A DNA stretch of 64,000 nt, taken from Caecitellus pseudoparvulus. Taxonomy: Eukaryota > Protista > Bigyra: Bicosoecida. A program made the translations under genes and the position numbers. The notes beneath the pieces are model-generated. The model searched no databases. It was given only the letters and a program-made list of their open reading frames with translations, and was not told where the DNA came from. Location of the stretch: assembly GCA_965644315.1 (NCBI GenBank), contig CBFFRQ010000068.1, positions 558,001 to 622,000 on the forward strand, written 5' to 3'. This document shows positions 56,201 through 64,000 of this stretch, one piece after another (position 1 is the first letter of the stretch; the number at the start of each line of letters is the position of its first letter).

Positions 56201-58095
56201 CCGCCTCGCTGACGGCCGCCGACACAGAGGCGGCCAGCTCCAGCACTGGCACGCGCACTGACTCCAGGTCCACCTGCACGCCCTCCTCGCTGCCCGCCAC
56301 GCTGCCGGAGGGGGAGGCGGCGCCGGGCGCCGGGGCGGGCGGGAACGCGTCTGCGCTGACGCCGCCCTCACCCTCCAAGGCCCCCAGCCCCACGCCGCCC
56401 ACGAAGCCATCCCGTTCCCGCCGCTCGGCCTCCTGTGCTTCGAAGGCCGCCCGGGCCTCGGCTGCCGCGCGCTGGGCGGCCTCCCGCGCCGCGCCTGCCG
56501 CCAGACTGCGCTCCTGGGCAATGCTGCTCTGCAGCGTGTCAAACTCGCCCAGCACCAGGTCGCGCAGGGCGTCCATGCCGCCCACTTCGCGGCTCGCGGT
56601 GACCTCCGCCAGACGGCGCTGGCGCCGGCGCCGCTCCCGGGCGGCCGACACCGTCGCCACCGCCGCGTTCATGCTGGCGCGGGTGACGGCGGAGGCGGCC
56701 GCCGCTGTGACGGAGGTGGTGCCTTTGAGGGAGGGCAGGGCACTGCTGGCCAGCATGTCGGCCACCATGGCTGTGCCCAGCCCCACTCCGCCCGGGTGGG
56801 CGTACCCCCACGCCCGCCCCCGCACATCCAGCGCGGACATGACGGTGGACAGGGGCACGGCGCCGGTGTCCAGGGAGGAGGCGGAGGCCGAGGCCGCCGC
56901 AGCTGCAGCTGCCCGCACCGCACCCAGGCCGCCGCCAGCGGCAGAGGGCGCCGTGATGGCGTCAAACAGTGCCGCCACCTCCGCTGCGTGGGTGGTGAGG
57001 AAGGCCAGCCAGTCGTGAGAGGCGCGCCCGGCGTCCCGCGCCGATGCGGCCTCCACGCGCGCCTGCGCCACGGTGCGGCGCTGCAGGCCGTTGAAGGCCT
57101 CCAAGTGGAAGGCCCCCTGCAGCGTGGGCAGGTCCACTGCGGAGGAGGCGGCCATGAGCCCCACGGCGGTGTTGCCCACGGTGCCGACGATGGAGTGGCT
57201 GCCCTGCGCCTGGCCCTCGATGAGCTCGGCGAGGAAGAACTCGCCCACGTCCGCCGACACCACCTCGCTGTGCGCGTCGAAGACGGGGATGAGGTCGTCG
57301 TGGTCCTCCACCGCTGCCATGCGCATGGACAGCCGGGGGATGAGGGTGGTGGACGCCAGCAAGCCCAGCCGGCTGCCAGCCCGCAGGGGGCCAGCGCCAG
57401 GTCCCTCAATCAAGGAGCCGACACTGGCGCTACCTGCGCTGGGCGCCTGCACCTGTAGCAGGTCGCCCCACAGCGGCGTGTACGGGTCCACGCCAGGCGG
57501 CAGCACGCCGGCAATGAAGGCGACGTCCGGCTGCGATGCCAGCACACTGCGCAGCATGTACGCCAACGCGTCGCTGTCGATGCCGTGCTTTGCTGCATGT
57601 GCACAGTGGGCGATCCACAGGGTGTTGGACACCTGCGGTGTGTGGAAGGGGCAGATGTGTGGGGTGCTGGGCAGGCGGCCGATGTGTCATCGCGCTGAAC
57701 CCATTTCCGCAGCCTGCCCGCGCCCAGCCACCTGCTCACAGGGCAGCTGCGCACGCCCCCTGCTGCCCACGCGCAGAACAAGACGCCTTGGTGACCCAGC
57801 CGCCACGCACCTTGACCTCCTCTGCCTTGCAGCCTTGCTGCAAGTACTGTGTTGCGACGTCGGCGTCCAGGCCTGGCGTCGCTGGGGTGTCGGTGAGGCA
57901 CAGGAAGGCCACCACTTCTCCCTGGTCCACGGCCACGAGGGACGTGAAGGCAGTCTCAATCAACTGCCCCACGCTGACATGCCCGAAGCGCTCTGTGTAC
58001 ACTGGCAGCTCCTTGGACAGCAGCGCGTTCACAGGCCCTGCGTCCGTGCCAACTGCGCGGCGCACTTGCAGGCCGCTCTCGCCGCCTGCCTCCAT
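50292..58095 (-). CDS. CFAP61: Cilia- and flagella-associated protein 61, expanded; one intron of about 177 nt (about 57633-57810)
   Basis: RFG...LIETAF, RMAAVEDHDDLIPVF..GEFFLAELI, AFAITMFCL, NTRIVVVGAS..L.FL..L...YLRFTHVSLVS, YDILMLAPG, VNDCGLVYDGRLVV..F.TTD.SIFAGG..TKFSRRY, DWVAFFRQDWA.A.VHDRF. Confidence 0.9.
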
Positions 58096-58440
58096 GCCTC
58101 CCCTGCCGGATGCGTAGCACCCACGTGCAAAGAGAAAGAAAGGGGGCGCCAGTGCAGGCGCTGGCTCTGTACTCTTTCTTCTAGGTTGGTTGATTTGCGC
58201 GGTGTGTCGTCTTGAATCACGCTCGACGTGTGTGCTCTCTTGCGGCATGGCCTGTGCTCTGAACATCAACATGCACAGCGCACATCAAACACGCCCCTTG
58301 AATGTGCACAAGGTGCAGTGTTCTAGCGCAGCCCTGGTCTTTTCCGAAACCAACGAACGCCTCCCCTGCGCGGCTCGCTTGCTCGGGTCCACCCAGCTGC
58401 TGCCCGAGTGCTGGGCTGGCTCCCTTGCTGCACTCACGCT

Positions 58441-59697
58441 ATGGATCACTTCCGGACTGTTTCGGGGGACACAGCCAAGGAGTTGCTAGCAGAAGCAGAT
58501 TTCCGGGAGCAGGATGCCGTGCGTTGCCTTCCCCCAGCGCCGCGGCGTGTAACTGTCTGCCGCCGCTGAAACGCTGAAACGCTGGTCTTCGACCACTCGC
58601 CCACACCGCCGCCGGGCCCTCCCCCTTGCAGAGCGGGATGACTCTCCTACATGTCCTCATTCAGTCACACAGTGCTGAGATCACACGGGCCGCCGTCCAG
58701 GCTGGTGCGCTCGTGGACGCCGGAGGTGCTCGCACCGCTGCCGCTGCGACCCCGGTGGGCAGTCCCCTCCACGCAGCGGTGCAGCGAGGCTCCCTGCAGC
58801 ATGTACAAGTGCTACTGGACGTGGGCGCATCCCTCAGCCTGGTGGACAGCGCAGGCGACACGCCCCTGCACCTGGCTGCACGCGCCAACGATGCCGGCAT
58901 GGTGGCAGCTCTGGCGTCCCACGGCGCCCCCACACACGCCACCGACCGCATGCAGGGCACGCCCCTGCATGCAGCTGCCAGTGCCGGGGGACACGAAGCC
59001 TGCGATGCGCTGCTGGAGTGCGGTGCAGACGCAGCAGCCTTGGACGATGTGCGTGCTTCCGAGGTGCACTGCCCGCGCCCACCCGCTTGCACTGCCAGCC
59101 TGCTTCGCCCCTCCTCACCCACAGAGGCAACGCGCGCCGTTCCAAGTCGTCTCTTCTGCCGCACGCAACCGAGCGGCCCTCGTGAGCAAGCTGCAGCGTG
59201 CCGCCGAGGCCAAGGGTTGGAAGGCGCCGCCCCCCCCAGACGCAGATGTTCAACTTCCCCCCATGCCGGCTGGGGCAGAGGCGGCACCTGCTGCTCCGGA
59301 GCAAGCCGCCAGTCCCGCTGCCAGTGCTGCAGAGTCCGCTGAGGGCGAGGGGGATGGCGAGGAGGAGTTGGACCCTGCGCAGCTGGCGGCGCTGACTGTG
59401 GCGGCGCTGCATGAGAAGATCCAGAGCAGCCTGGAGAGCGGCGCCATTGGCGGCTACGAGGACATTTACAGGGCCCTGGACGAGCCCGGCGCGGGGTGGT
59501 TCGAGGGGCACCACCTGTCCACCGTCTGCAACGAGATCGACATCCCCGTGGACGACTCCATCATCCCCACCATGATGCAGCTGCTGGCGGAGCCTGCGGG
59601 GCTGCAGGACCCCAGCGCGGAGGGCGGCATCACGCGTATTACGTGGGACGAGTTCAAAGTCTTCTGCGAGCAGAGCAGAGACGCCGTGCAGGGCTGA
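58441..59697 (+). CDS. Ankyrin-repeat protein with C-terminal EF-hand-like pair; two introns
   Basis: GMTLLH, GSPLHAAV, GDTPLHLAA, GTPLHAAA repeats; IYRALDEPGAGWFE..RITWDEFKVF. Confidence 0.75.
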
Positions 59698-59736
59698 GCG
59701 CCTGGCAAGCAGCATGCATTGACGGTGGTGGGAGCG

Positions 59737-60661
59737 TCAGGCGGCGCCGCCCACCTCCACCCCCAGCGCCTCCCCTCGTGCCTCCACCTCCTTGGCGATC
59801 TTGGTGTAGTACTGCAGGCGCACGAGGAGCTTGCTGGCCTCCCCCAGGTCCTCCTGCTCGAATGCACTGCGCAGGCCGGCCAGGCTGCTGTCTTGCTTGG
59901 CCTTGTTGACCCGGGCGATGTCCTTCAGCTGCTCGGCGCTGACGGCAGACGAGAGGGCCTCCCGCGCCTCCATCACCGCCATCAACACGTCGGGTTCCAC
60001 GGGCGCCCGTGAGTCCTCGGCCAGCGGGTCGTCTGCCTTGAGGGACAGCTGAGCAAGGCGGGGGCGGGGGTGGTGGCGGACGGCGGAGCGCGGCCGGCGC
60101 GGCTGTGCCACGCACCAGGTGCTGCGCGCGCTGGATGGGGTCCCGCAGCACTTTGTACGCATCATTGAAGTGGGCAGACACGTCGTCGGCCAGCTGGCGC
60201 TCCACCTGGAGGGGGTGGGGGGCGGCGGCACCTGTGTGAGGGATGGCTTGGGCCACGTCACGTGCCCGTCACACGCACGTCTTCGCGTCCAGACTGGAGG
60301 TCTGGGTGCACACGCTTCTGTATGTCCTTGTAAGCAGCTTCGAGTGCGCTGAGATCAACGTCGTACGCGGTCGGGCTGCACGTGCAGGTGGAGGGGGCTT
60401 GCGCCGCGGTTCTCGGCGGTGCGGAAATCGGCGCAACACGCACAGCTCAAACATGGCAAAGTAGTCCACGCCTGACGGAGGCGGCTGCAACGCGTCACAG
60501 GAGCCGCAGAACAACTTCCACTTGTTCTCGCACGTGCCACACCTCCAGCAGTCGTCGCCTGGCGGAGCGGCGGCCGTGGAGGCGAGGCTGCGACGAAGGG
60601 GCAGACGCTGCACCGCTCCCTGCAGGGGGCGGCGGCACACCGCCAACGCAGCCAACGCCAT
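59737..60661 (-). CDS. HSCB: Mitochondrial Fe-S cluster co-chaperone HscB/Hsc20; three introns
   Basis: CWRC..FCGSC.ALQPP..DYF.MF; J-domain HPD; SAHFNDAYKVLRDP..RAQHL; LMAVMEARE; RLQYYTKI. Confidence 0.93.
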
Positions 60662-60805
60662 TGGACAAATCGATGTAGCCTCCTCAACGAAGTCGGGTGA
60701 TCTGACTCGCCTGTGCGTAAGGTGGGATCCTGCAGGTGCTGGGTGAGGCGCCGGGTGATTGGTTTTACCAGGCCATCCACGTTGCAACCAGTTTCCGCAG
60801 GGCCC

Positions 60806-61207
60806 ATGGCCGTGCCACCCACCGCAGGTGAGCATGAGCCTGGCGACGCGGCATCAGAGCGCGACGGGAGGCATGTCAACATCACTGCCACTGCTGAACG
60901 GCCCTGGTGGCAGCGCGTTCACGAGGTGCCCTCGCTGCAGGTGCACTGCGTTGCCTGCCTGGTGCAGCACCCCTCCCACATCCAGCGGCTGCATGAGCTG
61001 CCAGAAGAAGCGGCAGTGCTGCTCCTGCGTGGCATCCTGTCCAAGTGTGCCCTCACGCCCGAGCTGGTGCAAGTCTTTGCAGGTAGCGAGCACGAGCGGG
61101 TGCTGGAGCTGCTGGGCAGCCTGAACCTGGATGTTGGCGCCGGCATGTACGTGCTGACAGACAAGCCGCCCCCTCGCCAAGTGGGCGACAGCGGCTCTCC
61201 GCACTGA
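60806..61207 (+). CDS. Small protein with an Elongin BC-box-like motif
   Basis: VPSLQVHCVACL fits (S/T)LxxxCxxxL and is followed by LHELPEEAAVLLL. Codon usage is typical of the window's genes. Confidence 0.6.
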   Translation: MAVPPTAGEHEPGDAASERDGRHVNITATAERPWWQRVHEVPSLQVHCVACLVQHPSHIQRLHELPEEAAVLLLRGILSKCALTPELVQVFAGSEHERVLELLGSLNLDVGAGMYVLTDKPPPRQVGDSGSPH

Positions 61208-61231
61208 CAGGCAGTGTGCATTGCTGGACCA

Positions 61232-64000
61232 TCACGCGATGGACGTAGCTGTGCTGGCGCGTGTGCGGGCAGACAGGCTGGCCAGGAGCGGCGGCGCGTC
61301 CAGCTCGCTGTCCAAGCACGCCAGCACCTGCGCCGCCGCCGCCGCGTGAGCCTGCCCCTGCACGCCGTCCTCCTGGGCAGCCTCCTGCGCGGCGTCCCCC
61401 AGGTACGCCAGCATGCCGTGCAGCAGCTGCAGCCACTGCTCCTTGGGCACGCCCTGCGCCGCCAGCTCTGCCTCCCACTCCGGCCCGTGCCGCTTGGCCA
61501 GCGCCGTGGCCAGGGTGGCCGCCGCCTCCTGCGAGCCCTGCATGAGGGGGCCGTTGTCGAAGGAGAAGGCGTGGCCGCCTGCCGCCTCCATGAGGTCAGC
61601 AGCGACGTCCACTTCGCCCTGCGCCGCGGACCGCAGGAAGGCGGACATGGTGGGGCCCGTCTCGTCCACCAGGCTGCTGAAGACGCTGTGCGGGTCCGCC
61701 AGCAACGCCTTGGGCGTGTCGAACTCCAGCACCCTGCCCGCGTCCAGCACCATGATGCGGTCGCAGTCGATGATGGTGTCCAGGCGGTGGGCGATGGTGA
61801 TGGTGGTGCGGTCCCGGAACTCCGACCGGATGGTGGCCTGGATCAGCGCATCCGTGCGCATGTCCACGTTGGCAGTGGCCTCGTCCACCACCAGCACCTT
61901 GGTGTGCCGCAGCAGGGCGCGAGCCAGGCACAGCAGCTGCCGCTGCCCGACGGACAGGTTGCTGCCGCCCTCGTACAGCACCATGCCCAGCTGCTCTGGC
62001 TGGCGCTTGACCATGCCCGCCAATTGGGCCTTGGCCAGGGCACGCCACACGTCTGCGTCGCTGTGCTCGTCGAAGGGGTCCAGGTTGCTGCGCACGGTGC
62101 CGGAGAACAGCGTGGGTTCCTGGGGGATGATGGCCAGGGCACGCCGGCGCAGGTCGTGCAGGCCCAGCGTGGACACGTCCACGCCGTCGATGGAGATGCG
62201 GCCGCCGCTGGGCTCCACGATGCGGTAGAGGCCCTGGAAGACGGTGCTCTTGCCGGCGCCAGTGCGGCCGACGAGGCCCACCTTCTCCCCTGCGCCCAGG
62301 GTGAAGCTGACGCCCTTGAGGACGGGGGGCAGGTCGGGGCGGTACTTGAGCTGCACGGCGTCAAAGGTGACTTCGCCTCGCTGGGGCCAGGAGGGCGGCG
62401 GCGCGCCGTCCTCCACTGCCAGGGGCGCCTCCTCGTCCACGTCAATGTACTCCAGCACGCGCTCCACGGAGTTGAACGTGTTCTCAGCCATGGTGGAGAA
62501 GCGCACCAGCTGCCCCAGCTGCTGGGCGAAGGTGAGGGCGTAGGAGAGGGAGAGGCCCACCAGGGACGCCTGCAGGGAGTCCCGGGACAGGATGGCGAAG
62601 ACGGCAGCCGCCAGGACCAGGACGGCGGAGAGGGACTCCAGGCGCAGGCTGAGCCAGCGGTTGGTCTGGAAGTACAGCAGGACGACGGAGATGTTGGTGT
62701 CCAGCTTGCCCTCGTTGTCGGCGCGCATGCGGTCCTCGGCGCCGTACGCCCGGATGACAGCCATGCCGTCCAGCGTCTCGGTGAAGTGCGCGTACAGGGG
62801 GGAGCGTGACACGGCGTCCACGCGCTTGAGCTCACGGGACGTGCGGCGGAAGAGGTCCTGGATGATGAAGAAGGCGGCGCCGGCGGGGACGAAGAGGACG
62901 ATGGTGTAGGGGGACACCACCGCCACCACCACTGCCGTGCCCAGCAGGGAGAAGACGGCGCCCATCCACAGGATGATGTTGAACAGCACCTGCGTGTCCA
63001 TCTCCCGGATGTCCTTGGTGGCCCGGTTCAGGACGCGGCCCAGGGGCGTGGAGTGCATGAACGCCATGGGCACACGCAAGAGGGAGTGCAGGAGGCTGCG
63101 GTGCAGGGCCTCGGACGCGGCCAGGGTGCCCAGGGCGAAGATGAGGGAGGTGGCCAGGGCGGTGAGGGAGAAGACGATGGACAGGGCGAAGTACACGCCC
63201 ATGTACACGTCCACGCCCAGGCCCAGGGTGTCGTCGCTCCACTCTGCCAGCCAGAAGTTGGAGCCCACGCGGGCAGCAGTGCCCAGCACTTGCAGCAGGA
63301 GCAGCACGACCACCAGGCGCACGCCCCCCGCTTGCTGTGCGTAGCGAAGGTACACGTCTGAGGAGATGGCGCCGGTGGCGCGTTGCTCCACCTGCGTAAT
63401 ACGCGCCTTGGCAGCCTCCTCCTTGCTCAACACGCCACCACGGCGCCGGGGCTTGGCCCTGCTGCCACCGACAGGCGGGGGCGCCGCACCGCTGGAACTC
63501 GCGCCAGGCGGTGCTGGAGCAGCCGCCGCCTTCGGGGCAGGCGCAGCAGCCCCATCCAGGCCGCCCGCCGCTTCAGCAGCGCCATCCACCTCCGCCGCAT
63601 CCCCCTCTGCCTCCGCCTCGGCTGCCGCCACCTCAGCCATGAGGGCCTGCAGGTGCCCGTCGCTGCGGGCCATGAGGTCTGCGTAGGAGCCGCTCTCAGC
63701 CACGGTGCCGTCCGCGACGACGACGACCTGGTCGCAGTCGGCGAGGAAGTGCAGTTGGTTGGTCGCCATCACACGCGTGCGGGTGGACAGGAAACCCTTG
63801 ACGCACTGCCGGAAGAGCTGTGCGCCCACCTTCGCGTCCAGCGCCGACAGCACATCGTCCATGATGACGATGTCACTGTTCGCGTACACGGCGCGGGCCA
63901 TGTTCACGCGCTGGCGCTGGCCGCCGGACAGGTTCACGCCCCGCTCACCGATCTCCGTCAGGTCCCGGCCAGCCCACTGGTCCAGGTCGGGCTCCAGGCA
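61232..64000 (-). CDS. ABCC/MRP-family ABC transporter, 5' part outside the window
   Basis: NBD1 end (EIGERGVNLSGGQRQRV..MDDVLSALD), TMD2 (TPLGRVLNR..SRSPLY.HF.ETL.G..NRWL..RLE), NBD2 (GRTGAGKS, IIPQEP.LF.GTVRSNLDPF, NLSVGQRQL, DEATAN, IAHRL). Confidence 0.95.
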   Translation of the reverse strand, partial: CLEPDLDQWAGRDLTEIGERGVNLSGGQRQRVNMARAVYANSDIVIMDDVLSALDAKVGAQLFRQCVKGFLSTRTRVMATNQLHFLADCDQVVVVADGTVAESGSYADLMARSDGHLQALMAEVAAAEAEAEGDAAEVDGAAEAAGGLDGAAAPAPKAAAAPAPPGASSSGAAPPPVGGSRAKPRRRGGVLSKEEAAKARITQVEQRATGAISSDVYLRYAQQAGGVRLVVVLLLLQVLGTAARVGSNFWLAEWSDDTLGLGVDVYMGVYFALSIVFSLTALATSLIFALGTLAASEALHRSLLHSLLRVPMAFMHSTPLGRVLNRATKDIREMDTQVLFNIILWMGAVFSLLGTAVVVAVVSPYTIVLFVPAGAAFFIIQDLFRRTSRELKRVDAVSRSPLYAHFTETLDGMAVIRAYGAEDRMRADNEGKLDTNISVVLLYFQTNRWLSLRLESLSAVLVLAAAVFAILSRDSLQASLVGLSLSYALTFAQQLGQLVRFSTMAENTFNSVERVLEYIDVDEEAPLAVEDGAPPPSWPQRGEVTFDAVQLKYRPDLPPVLKGVSFTLGAGEKVGLVGRTGAGKSTVFQGLYRIVEPSGGRISIDGVDVSTLGLHDLRRRALAIIPQEPTLFSGTVRSNLDPFDEHSDADVWRALAKAQLAGMVKRQPEQLGMVLYEGGSNLSVGQRQLLCLARALLRHTKVLVVDEATANVDMRTDALIQATIRSEFRDRTTITIAHRLDTIIDCDRIMVLDAGRVLEFDTPKALLADPHSVFSSLVDETGPTMSAFLRSAAQGEVDVAADLMEAAGGHAFSFDNGPLMQGSQEAAATLATALAKRHGPEWEAELAAQGVPKEQWLQLLHGMLAYLGDAAQEAAQEDGVQGQAHAAAAAQVLACLDSELDAPPLLASLSARTRASTATSIA

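Noticed and set aside
5651-57018. Long antisense or off-frame ORFs (e.g. 5651-7237, 12143-13759, 36719-38467, 51474-53246, 55048-57018)
   Set aside because: Shadow ORFs caused by high GC and codon bias opposite real genes; no motifs of their own.
57634-57810. Long CFAP61 intron with two hairpins as an H/ACA RNA
   Set aside because: No ANANNA hinge between the hairpins; pairing is explainable by very high GC.
1-64000. CRISPR arrays, tRNA/rRNA genes, riboswitch, SECIS or stop-codon recoding, endogenous virophage/Polinton
   Set aside because: None recognised. Genes close with standard stops after normal GT-AG splicing, and there is no AT-rich viral-like island.

Overview
Eukaryotic, GC-rich (roughly two-thirds G+C by eye) and very gene-dense genomic DNA with short spliceosomal introns (mostly 60-90 nt, donor usually GTGCGT/GTGAGT). 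It probably comes from a heterotrophic flagellate protist; a stramenopile/bicosoecid-like origin is inference only. About 25 protein genes can be supported: NOP9 (partial), two tandem giant Cys-rich multi-pass membrane proteins, a hypothetical protein, an HDAC, a CLPTM1-GT8 fusion, EBP2, HPPD, mitochondrial cyclophilin, a Vac8-like ARM protein, PSMD13, Hook, DBR1, RPC4, DHX35, RPL10A, eIF3f, a 4E-T-like protein, GrpE, a second ARM protein, CFAP61, an ankyrin/EF-hand protein, HscB, a small BC-box protein and an ABCC transporter (partial). Most ORFs in the supplied track are antisense or off-frame shadows. The main hidden signals are: (1) a 172-nt intronic box C/D RNA with a UG-rich stem and two guides that place the D+5 position on G37 and U41 of U5 snRNA loop 1, i.e. 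a dual-guide scaRNA; (2) its host gene, an in-frame fusion of a CLPTM1-family scramblase with a glycogenin-like GT8 glycosyltransferase, with a possible splice switch at the junction; (3) a strand-specific AATGCA motif just after 14 of 24 stop codons, a candidate lineage-specific poly(A) signal; (4) a long structured RPL10A intron resembling an autoregulatory element; (5) two old receptor paralogs whose 4.8-kb cores are nearly identical while their ends are diverged.
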